DNA of 63,917 nt, filler included, from a bacterium (GTDB lineage: Bacteria > JBBIVP01), in the NCBI GenBank assembly GCA_037439705.1. It is 9 parts of 9 records of this genome, joined end to end, with 100 filler letters (N's around TTAATTAATTAA, not from the genome) between each part and the next. Parts side by side here need not be neighbours in the genome. Positions count along the whole stretch, not along the records: positions 23,000 to 30,377 come from JBBIVP010000109.1; positions 30,478 to 37,615 come from JBBIVP010000112.1; positions 37,716 to 44,703 come from JBBIVP010000113.1; 6 more parts are not named here. The stretch is one strand, 5' to 3'. This document shows, in pieces, positions 30,290-38,967 of this stretch. A model generated the notes under the pieces. That model searched no databases. It had not been told where the DNA came from and worked only from the letters and a program-made list of their open reading frames with translations. Numbering within the stretch: position 1 is the stretch's first letter; each line of letters opens with the position of its first letter. Position numbers and translations under genes: made by a program.

Positions 30290-30358
30290 AGTATATCATC
30301 AAAAATTCCTTTTGTCAAATTTTTGTATAAGTTATATACTTATGCGACATTTTATGAG
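30290..30358 (-). promoter_or_regulatory. Leaderless promoter of the LysM gene with upstream shared motifs
   Basis: Minus strand reads CTCATAAAATGTCGCA-N8-TAACTTATACA-N5-TTGACA-N17-TATACT-N6-ATG. Confidence 0.75.
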
Positions 30359-30377
30359 TTTGAATGAGAAAATTTAA

Positions 30378-30477
30378 NNNNNNNNNNNNNNNNNNNNNNN
30401 NNNNNNNNNNNNNNNNNNNNNTTAATTAATTAANNNNNNNNNNNNNNNNNNNNNNNNNNNNNNNNNNNNNNNNNNNN
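30378..30477. other. Artificial contig linker
   Basis: N44-TTAATTAATTAA-N44. Confidence 0.98.
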
Positions 30478-30479
30478 AA

Positions 30480-30713
30480 TTTTCAGAATTATACAGTTCA
30501 GTATCAGTTGAAATAAGAGGAAAAAGCCCGCACGATAAAACAAAAATAAATGGTTCCCCAATCCTTTATGGAATAGGAATTCTCAGAAACGCAAAAAACC
30601 CTCAACTTGCTCAAAAATTCCTTAATTTTCTTTTCTCGCAAAAGGGAAGAGAAATCCTTCAGCAAAAAGGTTTGAAACCCATCTATCCTCCTTTAATTTT
30701 TGGAAATAAATAG
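30480..30713 (+). CDS. wtpA: Tungstate/molybdate ABC substrate-binding protein (WtpA-like), 3' fragment
   Basis: FSELYSSVSVEIRGKSPHDKTKINGSPILYGIGILRNAKNPQLAQKFLNFLFSQKGREILQQKGLKPIYPP; not in the supplied ORF track. Confidence 0.75.
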   Translation, partial: FSELYSSVSVEIRGKSPHDKTKINGSPILYGIGILRNAKNPQLAQKFLNFLFSQKGREILQQKGLKPIYPPLIFGNK

Positions 30714-30714
30714 A

Positions 30715-30792
30715 TGGGGTGAGCGAGGGGTCTCGAACCCCCAACCACTGGAGCCACAGTCCAGTGCTCTATCCAGTTGAGCTACGCTCACC
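30715..30792 (-). tRNA. tRNA-His(GTG) with encoded G-1 and CCA
   Basis: GGTGAGCG...CTGGA-CT-GTG-GC-TCCAG...GGGGG-TTCGAGA-CCCCT-CGCTCAC-C-CCA. Confidence 0.97.
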
Positions 30793-30888
30793 ATCAGAAT
30801 ATAAAGATAAAAAATAAAAAAAATTTTTTCAAATTTCTGAATAAAAACCACGAAACCTTTTAGATTTAGAAAAAACTTGAAATTTTGC

Positions 30889-30917
30889 TTGAATATATTA
30901 TAAAAATGGAATAAACT
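30889..30917 (+). promoter_or_regulatory. Candidate lpxC promoter, near-leaderless
   Basis: TTGAAT-N17-TAAACT, 8 nt to the ATG, no SD. Confidence 0.5.
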
Positions 30918-30925
30918 AATTTATT

Positions 30926-31774
30926 ATGAAGCAGAAAAGTTTAAAAAAGGAGATATATGTTGAGGGAATTGGGCTCCATACTGGTAAATGGGCGAAAGTC
31001 TGGATAAAACCTGCTCCACCTGACTCAGGAATATATTTCGTTAAGAAGAAACCTGGAAAGAATGTGAAAATTCCAGCGAATATAGACCACATAGTTAAGG
31101 GCGATTATTCAACCACTATCGGTAAAGATGGAGAAACAATTTCCACCGTAGAGCATCTTCTCGGGGTTTTGAATCTTGCCGGGATAAACAATGCTGAGAT
31201 TGTTATAGAAGGTGAAGAAGTTCCAATTCTTGACGGCAGTGGAATGCCAATCCTCCAGAAAATAAAATCAGCAGGCATAGAGGAATTTGATGTAGAATCT
31301 CCAGTGCTTCAAGTGTTTAAAGAATTTTCTTATACTGAAGGCGATAAAATGCTTTCCCTTAGTCCATCCGACACCTTTAAAGTCTACTGTGAAATTGAAT
31401 TTCCCAACCCAGGAATAAGAAAGCAGGTTTTTTCTTTTTCAATGGACGGACTTGGAAGAGCAGCAGAGATAGCAGGTGCGAGAACCTTCGGCTTTACAAA
31501 TGAGATACCAATTCAAAGGGAAAGAGGTCTGATAAAGGGTGGAAGTCTATCAAATGCCGTTATCTTTGATGAGAAAGGAAATATTATAAATAAAGAAGGA
31601 TTAAGGTATGAAAACGAACCTGTGAGGCACAAACTTCTTGACCTGATTGGAGATTTGAGTCTCATAGGAGGCCATTTAATAGGGGAGGTGAGGGCGAGAA
31701 AATCAGGGCATTCCTTCAATCACAGATTTTTGAGAGAGTTTCTCAAATCAAATTGCTACAGAATAAAACGCTGA
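30926..31774 (+). CDS. lpxC: UDP-3-O-acyl-GlcNAc deacetylase
   Basis: GIGLHTG, TVEHLL, EVPILDGS, ARTFGF and RHKLLDLIGD. Confidence 0.97.
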   Translation: MKQKSLKKEIYVEGIGLHTGKWAKVWIKPAPPDSGIYFVKKKPGKNVKIPANIDHIVKGDYSTTIGKDGETISTVEHLLGVLNLAGINNAEIVIEGEEVPILDGSGMPILQKIKSAGIEEFDVESPVLQVFKEFSYTEGDKMLSLSPSDTFKVYCEIEFPNPGIRKQVFSFSMDGLGRAAEIAGARTFGFTNEIPIQRERGLIKGGSLSNAVIFDEKGNIINKEGLRYENEPVRHKLLDLIGDLSLIGGHLIGEVRARKSGHSFNHRFLREFLKSNCYRIKR

Positions 31775-31790
31775 AGGCTCTCATATTTCC

Positions 31791-32864
31791 ATGAAAACTG
31801 GATTAATTATAACAGGAGACCTGTCAGGAGAAATTTCTGTTTTGGAGGTTGTAAAAAATCTCAAAAAGATGGGATTTCAGCTTACAGGAACAGGAAGCGA
31901 TCTATTAAAAAAAGAAGGTGTAGAAATAATTGAAGAGATAAAAAACATAACCCTTACCGGACTTGATTTAACTGGAAAACTGAAAAGGTTGAGAGCCCTT
32001 ATGAAGGAAATAATGAGAAGAATTAAAACCGGACAGGCTGACTTTCTTCTTCTCGTTGATTACCCGGGATTCAACATAAATGTTGGAAAGAAGGCAAAAA
32101 AATTCGGACTGCCTATTTTTTATTATATTCCCCCTAAAGTCTGGGCATGGATGGAAAAAAGGGCGAAGACTGTGTCGGAATTTTCAACCTGTATCTTTAC
32201 AATTTTTCCTTTTGAGGCTCCTTATTTTGAAAAATATGGAGGAAATGTAGTATACGCAGGAAATCCGACTCTCTGGAGGGTCAAAAAATTTTTAAAAACT
32301 GAAAAGCCTCAACAAACCGAGAGAATTCTCTTTATGCCGGGAACCAGAGAGAATGAAGTAAATAGGCATCTTTCCCCGATGCTTGAGGCAATCTCCATAC
32401 TTAAATCAAAAGTACTCGGGATAAAGTGCGGATTTCTTCTCGCAAGAACTGTAGACAGAAATCTATTTCCGAAGGATGTGGAAATGATTGAAGGAGACCC
32501 GCTTGAGGAAATCAGTAAATCAAAGATTATAGTGGCAAAGTCCGGAACAGGGTCTCTTGAGGCATTTTTCTTAAAAAAACCCGCCGTCGTAATTTATCGT
32601 ACTTCCGCACTTACCTACCTTATAGCAAAGGCAATAATAAAGGTAAATTACTTATCCATTCCGAACATAATGTTTGAAAGGGAAATAATTCCGGAACTTA
32701 TTCAGAGAAAATGTAATGGAAAGGAAATAGCAAGGACAGTCTTAAGAATTCTTGAAAATCCTGTAAATGAATGGGAGGAGGTTTCTGAAAGGCTCATGAA
32801 AATCCTTGATACCCCCCAACCTCCTGAAGAAGTAATAACAAAAAAAATCCTGAATTTGGTATGA
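31791..32864 (+). CDS. lpxB: Lipid-A-disaccharide synthase
   Basis: GDLSG, VDYPGFN, PPKVWAW, MPGTR, KSGT and PELIQ. Confidence 0.95.
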   Translation: MKTGLIITGDLSGEISVLEVVKNLKKMGFQLTGTGSDLLKKEGVEIIEEIKNITLTGLDLTGKLKRLRALMKEIMRRIKTGQADFLLLVDYPGFNINVGKKAKKFGLPIFYYIPPKVWAWMEKRAKTVSEFSTCIFTIFPFEAPYFEKYGGNVVYAGNPTLWRVKKFLKTEKPQQTERILFMPGTRENEVNRHLSPMLEAISILKSKVLGIKCGFLLARTVDRNLFPKDVEMIEGDPLEEISKSKIIVAKSGTGSLEAFFLKKPAVVIYRTSALTYLIAKAIIKVNYLSIPNIMFEREIIPELIQRKCNGKEIARTVLRILENPVNEWEEVSERLMKILDTPQPPEEVITKKILNLV

Positions 32865-34570
32865 AAAGAATAAAGGCATTTCTTGGACTTCTAAAACCTT
32901 ACTTCTCAAGAATATTTTTCGCCACTTTATCCGCGGTCATCCTTTCTGCTGTTCCCGGTTCAACTGTGCTCCTCATAAAACCAGTAATTGATAAGGCAAT
33001 TCTTGAAAAAAACATTACCCTGCTCAAACTTATCGCCATTTCTGTCTTAATTCTTTATTTTCTGAAAGGCGTTTTAAGATTCTTCCATTCCTACCTCATG
33101 GTTTATGTAGCCCAGCTTGTTGGAAGGGATTTGAGAAATAGGATTTATTCACACCTTTTGAATGTTGAACTATCGGATATAGAAAAAAAGACATCGGGTG
33201 AGTTCAACGCACTCATTCTCAATGATGTGGGAAGAATAGAACTCGCGATTCCGAATCTCATCCTTTTGATAAGGGAACCATTTACCCTCCTCGGACTCGT
33301 AGCCTCAGCATTTTTTATGAATTGGAAACTTTCCCTTTTTGCAGTCTTCCTCATTCCACTGGGTATTCTTCCAATGGTTAAAATAACAAGAATTCTCAAA
33401 AACTATGGAAACAGAATTCAGGAGAACATAGGAAAGATAAGTTCTTTAATTAATGAAACCTTCGGAGGAATAAGAATTATAAGGGCTTTCCTTGCCGAAA
33501 ATTTTATGAAAAGGAGATTTTTCAATCTAAACGAAAACATAGTGAAGGGTTTCCTGAAGTATGCTCTACTTCAGGAGGGACTTTCTCCCCTGATGGAACT
33601 TCTTGGAGCAATCGGGGTAGCTTTCGTAATTTTCTACGGAGGGTATCAGGTAATCAGAGGAGAAACAACTCCCGGAAGCTTCCTTGCCTTCATAACTGCC
33701 TGTGGATTTATGTACGAACCCTTCAAAAGACTGAATTCATCACTCACAATTCTTCAGCATTCTATTGCTTCTTACGAGAGAATAGAAAAAATTTTAGAGT
33801 GGAAGGAAGAAGATAGGGGAGGAGAACATAAATTCAAGGGTTTAAAGATGGAGATAAAATTTGAAAATGTTAGTTTTTCCTATGGAGAAGAAGAGGTATT
33901 AAAGGGTATAAGGCTTGAGGTAAAAAGAGGTGAAAAAATTGCAATAGTGGGGCAAAGCGGTGTTGGCAAAACAACACTCATAAGTCTGCTTCTGAGATTT
34001 TACAGGGAAAAAGGTGGGAAAATTCTAATTGATGGAGAGGATATAAACAGGTTTTCAGTAGTTTCAATTAGAAAACATATAGCCTTCGTCCCCCAGGAAC
34101 CATTTCTCTTTAATGGCACAGTAATTGAAAACATAAAAACTGGCAAAGAAGAAACAAACATGGAAGAGATAATTTCATCTTCGGAAAAAGCGGGCATAAA
34201 ACATCTCATTGAAAGTTTTAAAGAAATTTCTGTTGGAGAAAGGGGAGAGATGCTTTCAGGAGGGGAAAGACAGAGAATTGCCATTGCAAGAGCATTGCTC
34301 AAAGATGCTTCAATAATAATTCTTGATGAAGCTACCTCTTTTCTTGATTCAGAAACTGAAAAAAGGATAGAAAATGCAATAAAAGAACTGATGAAGGATA
34401 AGACCGTTTTTATAATAGCTCACAGGCTTTCAACGATTAAAAATGCAGACAAAATTCTCGTTCTAAAAGATGGAAGAATCGTTGAAGAGGGAAAATATGA
34501 AGAACTTGTAAAAATGAAGGGTGAATTTTACAGGATATACAGGGAGCAAATAGAGGGTTATGGACATTAA
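32861..34570 (+). CDS. msbA: Lipid A ABC exporter MsbA-like
   Basis: 6-TM domain plus NBD (GQSGVGKT, LSGGERQR, ILDEATS, IAHRLST) within the lipid A cluster. Confidence 0.9.
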   Translation: MKRIKAFLGLLKPYFSRIFFATLSAVILSAVPGSTVLLIKPVIDKAILEKNITLLKLIAISVLILYFLKGVLRFFHSYLMVYVAQLVGRDLRNRIYSHLLNVELSDIEKKTSGEFNALILNDVGRIELAIPNLILLIREPFTLLGLVASAFFMNWKLSLFAVFLIPLGILPMVKITRILKNYGNRIQENIGKISSLINETFGGIRIIRAFLAENFMKRRFFNLNENIVKGFLKYALLQEGLSPLMELLGAIGVAFVIFYGGYQVIRGETTPGSFLAFITACGFMYEPFKRLNSSLTILQHSIASYERIEKILEWKEEDRGGEHKFKGLKMEIKFENVSFSYGEEEVLKGIRLEVKRGEKIAIVGQSGVGKTTLISLLLRFYREKGGKILIDGEDINRFSVVSIRKHIAFVPQEPFLFNGTVIENIKTGKEETNMEEIISSSEKAGIKHLIESFKEISVGERGEMLSGGERQRIAIARALLKDASIIILDEATSFLDSETEKRIENAIKELMKDKTVFIIAHRLSTIKNADKILVLKDGRIVEEGKYEELVKMKGEFYRIYREQIEGYGH

Positions 34571-35192
34571 GAGGAAAATATGGAGAATTTGTGGATATCT
34601 CCTGGGATTTTTCCTTTACCTTCTCTGCGCCTTCATGAGGGTAAAAAAAATTGAACATGAGGAAGCGGAAAAACTTATGAAAGAGGGAAAGACGATTTTC
34701 TGTTTCTGGCACAGATATCTTATCCCCCTTCTCTGGATATACCGAAACAGAAAAATAGTTGTGATAACAAGTATGAGCAGGGATGGAGAAATAGTGGATG
34801 CAATTCTCAATCTCTACCGCTACGAAACAATAAGGGGTTCCTCATCAAGGGGCGGAATCAACGCAATAATAAAAATGACAAAAGTTCTCACACAAAAAAA
34901 GACTGTTGCTGTTGCTGTTGATGGACCGAAGGGACCCCCATTTGTTCCAAAAGATGGAGCATTTTTTTCAGCGGTGAAAACCGGAGCATTCATCGTTCCG
35001 GTATTTGTTCATCTTAAAGGCGGAATAAAAACTAAAAGCTGGGACAGGCTTCTCATTCCTACTCCATTCTCTACAGCGGTAATAATTTTCGGCAGACCCC
35101 AAACCCCTTCAGATGTGGAAAGCGGAAAGAAGATTTTCATGGAAGAAATAAAAAGGCTTGAAAATGATTTTAAAAATCTATTTTGTAATTGA
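34560..35192 (+). CDS. DUF374 lysophospholipid acyltransferase family protein (possible late lipid A acyltransferase)
   Basis: FWH, SRDGE, IRGSSSRGG, DGPKGP and SWDR. Confidence 0.85.
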   Translation: MDIKRKIWRICGYLLGFFLYLLCAFMRVKKIEHEEAEKLMKEGKTIFCFWHRYLIPLLWIYRNRKIVVITSMSRDGEIVDAILNLYRYETIRGSSSRGGINAIIKMTKVLTQKKTVAVAVDGPKGPPFVPKDGAFFSAVKTGAFIVPVFVHLKGGIKTKSWDRLLIPTPFSTAVIIFGRPQTPSDVESGKKIFMEEIKRLENDFKNLFCN

Positions 35193-36339
35193 AGAGATAA
35201 TTCATATCATTTCGTTACCATTTCTTCTTATCCTGTCAATTTTTAAGCCCTTCAGAAAGGAAATTATGCCAAGGCTTTTCCCGGAATCAGTTGAAGGAAA
35301 AAGAATAATTCTTCACGGAGCCTCCATCGGTGAAATCAAAAGCCTCATTCCGGTTGGAAGAGAAATAAAGAAAATTGGAATCCCGCTTATTTTTACATCC
35401 GCCACCATAAATGGAGTAAAAACTGCATTAAAAGAAGGCTTTCCCGCTCAGCTTTTTCCTCTGGAATTTTCATTATCTCACCTTTTTTTCTTCAGAAAAC
35501 TTACTCCCTTAGCCATAATAATTTCTGAAAGGGACTACTGGTTGAGGTTCATAAAGGGGGTTCAGAAAAATGGCGGTAAAGTAATAATTGTCAATTTTTC
35601 CATTCAAAGAAATACCTTTTTTAGAAGAAAATTCATCTCCCTTTTGAAAGAAATGAACCCTATGTTTTTTGCAAGAAATGAAGAAGACAGAAATTTCCTC
35701 ATGGACCTTGGATTTCAGAATGTAAAAATTCTTCCCACGCTGAAATCCCTTTCGGTTTCTTCTTGTAAAGAGAAAAAGGATGGAAATTTTATCATGGCTG
35801 TTTCCGTCCACAGAGAAGAATTTTCCATCATAAAATCCTCATTTGAAAAATTAAAAAAAGAAACTCAGCTCAAACTCGTCATTGCACCAAGGTATATGAA
35901 GGAAATAAAGAGATTAAAAAAACTATTTTCAGGATTCAACATCAGTTTATACTCTGAAGAAAAGGAAAATTTTGACCTGCTCATAATTGACACATACGGA
36001 GTGCTCAATTCATTTTATCCTTTTGCGAGGGCTGTATTTGTGGGCGGAAGCATAGCAAAAAGAGGATGTCATGACCTTCTTGAACCATCCTCCTTCGGTC
36101 TTCCTGTAATCTTCGGACCAAATTTCTGGAACCAGAAGGAAATTGCGGAACTTTTGATAAAGGAAAACGGAGGAAGTGTGGTAAGGGATGCGGAAGAAAT
36201 GGTCAATGCCTTTTTATCAGTCATCAATGGTGAAAAAAATGCCCCTTCCGGAGAAAAAGCCTTCTCGGTGTACAAAAAGATAAGTTCCTCCGCTCGGGAT
36301 GGGTTAAACGAGCACTTAAAGGTTGTTTCATGTCTCTAA
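35164..36339 (+). CDS. waaA: Kdo transferase
   Basis: HGASIGE, IAPR, DTYGVL, FVGGS and HDLLEP. Confidence 0.9.
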   Translation: MILKIYFVIEEIIHIISLPFLLILSIFKPFRKEIMPRLFPESVEGKRIILHGASIGEIKSLIPVGREIKKIGIPLIFTSATINGVKTALKEGFPAQLFPLEFSLSHLFFFRKLTPLAIIISERDYWLRFIKGVQKNGGKVIIVNFSIQRNTFFRRKFISLLKEMNPMFFARNEEDRNFLMDLGFQNVKILPTLKSLSVSSCKEKKDGNFIMAVSVHREEFSIIKSSFEKLKKETQLKLVIAPRYMKEIKRLKKLFSGFNISLYSEEKENFDLLIIDTYGVLNSFYPFARAVFVGGSIAKRGCHDLLEPSSFGLPVIFGPNFWNQKEIAELLIKENGGSVVRDAEEMVNAFLSVINGEKNAPSGEKAFSVYKKISSSARDGLNEHLKVVSCL

Positions 36340-37310
36340 TAAGGAGAATCTCTTTCTACTGGATGGAAAGAGCCTTTGGTTTTAAGAAATGGTCTTTTTT
36401 CTTAAAACCCTTCCTTCTCCTTCTTTCAGGACTTTACCTTCTCGGAGGCTCTATCAGGAAATTTCTTACTAAAAAATTCTTCCCGAAAAACATAAAAGTA
36501 ATCTCCGTTGGAAGCCCATTTGCTGGAGGGACAGGAAAAACCATCTTCGCAATTTTTCTCACCTGGGAGCTTATAAAAATGAAAAAGGAGGTTTTCTATC
36601 TTCAAAAAGCCTACTCATTCCTTGGATTTAACAACCATGACGAATATTATGAAGCAGTTGAATCCCTGGGCGAAGAAAGGGTTATAAGAACAAAATCGGT
36701 TAAGAAATTTTTAATGGAAGAAGACAAAAAGGGAATTGAAAAAATTTTTGTTATTGATGATGGCTTCACAAATCCTGGAATCCATAAGGATTTAAACATA
36801 GTGGTCTTTGACTCAGATGTTCTATTCGGCAACAAGAAAATTTTACCGCTCGGACCCATGAGGGTTTCATTGAAAAAGTTAAAGGATGCTCATCTCATAG
36901 TCCTCAAGGGACAAAAAAAAATTCAATTTGAAGGAATAAAATCAATAAACATGGAACTCATCCCTCAATCCTTTATAGAACTCAAAACAGGGAAGAGATA
37001 CCCACCGGACTTTTTTAAAGGGAAGAAGGCGGTTATACTGTGTGGAACGGGAAATCCATTTTCATTTCTTAATACCATTCGTTCAGTCGGCATCCACCCT
37101 CAGAATATTCTCATATTTCCTGACCATTACAGATACTCAGAAAAAGAATTAAAAACAATTCTTGAAAACGAAACGGTAATCACAACTATCAAAGATTCAA
37201 AAAGGCTTCCTCCTCTACCAAATTTTTTCGCCCTTAAAGTCAAACCTTTTATAAAAAAAGAAGATATGGAAATTTTAATGACACTTATTTCCACAATCAT
37301 AGGGAAATGA
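36330..37310 (+). CDS. lpxK: Tetraacyldisaccharide 4'-kinase
   Basis: ISVG...GGTGKT, DDGF, LPLGPMR, FPDHYRY and ITTIKD. Confidence 0.92.
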   Translation: MSLIRRISFYWMERAFGFKKWSFFLKPFLLLLSGLYLLGGSIRKFLTKKFFPKNIKVISVGSPFAGGTGKTIFAIFLTWELIKMKKEVFYLQKAYSFLGFNNHDEYYEAVESLGEERVIRTKSVKKFLMEEDKKGIEKIFVIDDGFTNPGIHKDLNIVVFDSDVLFGNKKILPLGPMRVSLKKLKDAHLIVLKGQKKIQFEGIKSINMELIPQSFIELKTGKRYPPDFFKGKKAVILCGTGNPFSFLNTIRSVGIHPQNILIFPDHYRYSEKELKTILENETVITTIKDSKRLPPLPNFFALKVKPFIKKEDMEILMTLISTIIGK

Positions 37311-37351
37311 ATAAGTTGATTAAGTTTTTGATTTAAATATATACTGGTTCC

Positions 37352-37615
37352 ATGGTTAAAAAGGATTTCGGTTCCGAAGAAATTGATAAAATTGTTCGTG
37401 ATGTATATTTCTCAGGAGACGAAGATTTATTAAGAAAATTTTTTAAGGAGATAAAGAAAATTGTTCTTGAACACGGAGTCTTTCCAGCCTCCCTTCACCA
37501 TACCTATAAAGAATTTGGAAAAAGAAACCCTTGCTTTACCGTTCCAGCCTTCAATGTGAGGTTTCTTCCATATCACACCATGAGAGGTATATTTAAAAAG
37601 GCGGTGGAGATGGAG
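37352..37615 (+). CDS. Class II fructose-bisphosphate aldolase family protein, 3'-partial
   Basis: GVFPASLHHTY...FTVPAFNVR N-terminus; leaderless promoter TTGATT-N18-TATACT-N6-ATG at 37316..37345. Confidence 0.7.
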
Positions 37616-37715
37616 NNNNNNNNNNNNNNNNNNNNNNNNNNNNNNNNNNNNNNNNNNNNTTAATTAATTAANNNNNNNNNNNNNNNNNNNNNNNNNNNNN
37701 NNNNNNNNNNNNNNN
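37616..37715. other. Artificial contig linker
   Basis: N44-TTAATTAATTAA-N44. Confidence 0.98.
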
Positions 37716-37717
37716 TG

Positions 37718-38440
37718 AAGGTTTTGAAAGAAAGTGGTGCGGAAATTCTGGTGAATTATTTGCCTGTTGGTTCACAAAAGGCAACAGAATTTTATATGTC
37801 CGCATGCCTTTCTGCGGGTGTTGCAGTAGTTAATTGTATACCTGTTTTCATTGCTTCAAACGAGAAATGGGCAAAGAAGTTTGAAGAAAAAAGAATACCA
37901 ATAGTTGGAGATGACATAAAATCTCAGGTTGGAGCCACAATCACTCACAGGGTAATTGCTGACCTTTTTGAAGAAAGGGGGGTCAAAATAGACAGAACAT
38001 ATCAGTTGAACTTTGGGGGAAATACGGACTTTCTAAATATGCTTGATAGAGAAAGGTTAACATCAAAGAAAATTTCAAAGACTGAAGCTGTTCAGAGCGT
38101 TCTCGGAACTCCGCTTCCATGGGATAAAATTCACATAGGTCCCTCTGATTATGTTCCATGGCTTAACGATAACAAGATATGTTTTATAAGGATTGAAGGG
38201 AAGGGCTTCGGAGGTGTCCCTCTTGAGTTAGAAATTAAACTGAGCGTTGAAGACTCTCCAAACAGTGGAGGTGTTGCAATAGATGCAATAAGGTGCTGTA
38301 AGATAGCACTTGACAGAAAAATAGGAGGACCCCTTATTTCCATTTCAGCCTACACCATGAAGCATCCTCCAAAGCAATTTAACGATAAAGAAGCAAGAAA
38401 GATGGTTGAGGAATTCATTCAGGGAAAGAGAAAGAATTAG
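37718..38440 (+). CDS. ino1: myo-inositol-1-phosphate synthase, 5'-partial
   Basis: [37 protein letters not shown] and EDSPNSGG. Confidence 0.95.
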   Translation, partial: KVLKESGAEILVNYLPVGSQKATEFYMSACLSAGVAVVNCIPVFIASNEKWAKKFEEKRIPIVGDDIKSQVGATITHRVIADLFEERGVKIDRTYQLNFGGNTDFLNMLDRERLTSKKISKTEAVQSVLGTPLPWDKIHIGPSDYVPWLNDNKICFIRIEGKGFGGVPLELEIKLSVEDSPNSGGVAIDAIRCCKIALDRKIGGPLISISAYTMKHPPKQFNDKEARKMVEEFIQGKRKN

Positions 38441-38442
38441 TT

Positions 38443-38967
38443 TTGGCTTTAAAAGAATTAGAAATAGAACTTTTTGCCAGAAATATCTCAAAAGAGATAG
38501 AGAAAGAGGGATTTATAGAACAAAAGAAGGGATATGAACTAATAAAAATTTCGCTTGAAGAACTAAAAAAGATAGAAGAGGAAATAGAAAAAAAGGCGGA
38601 AGAACTACTTTCACAGCATATTTCAAAATTTCCAGACGCAGATAAGGAAGTTGCCCTTGATATGATAAGGAAAAAACTCGCAGAAGGAAAAGGCATAGAA
38701 GGAATTTATACTCCAGAAAAACCCGGTTTTCTTGCAAACTGGATATCAAAAAAATTGATAGAAAAAGTTGAAATTAAAGAAAAAGAAAGATTGATAAAAT
38801 CTGTTCGTTCCGCGGTTTCAGCATCTTTAAATGTCCTGCTCCAGATTTCAGAAGAGATAAACGAATTTTTAACGGAAAGGGGAATAAAACAATATACCCT
38901 TGAATGGAACAAAAGGTTTTCTGAAGAGTTTTCCAGAAGACTGAAAGGAATTTTAAGAAAAGGTTAA
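38443..38967 (+). CDS. DUF507-like helical protein (apparently two tandem units)
   Basis: IELFARNISKEIEKEGFIE...EEEIEKKAEELL...MIRKKLAEGKG pattern, with a degenerate second copy. Confidence 0.55.
   Translation: MALKELEIELFARNISKEIEKEGFIEQKKGYELIKISLEELKKIEEEIEKKAEELLSQHISKFPDADKEVALDMIRKKLAEGKGIEGIYTPEKPGFLANWISKKLIEKVEIKEKERLIKSVRSAVSASLNVLLQISEEINEFLTERGIKQYTLEWNKRFSEEFSRRLKGILRKG

Noticed and set aside
30323-30350. dif-like site (ATGTCGCATAA...TTATACAAA on the minus strand)
   Set aside because: The left arm is XerC-like, but the spacer would be 9 bp rather than 6 and the right arm does not match TTATGTTAAAT. The shared promoter motif explains it better.
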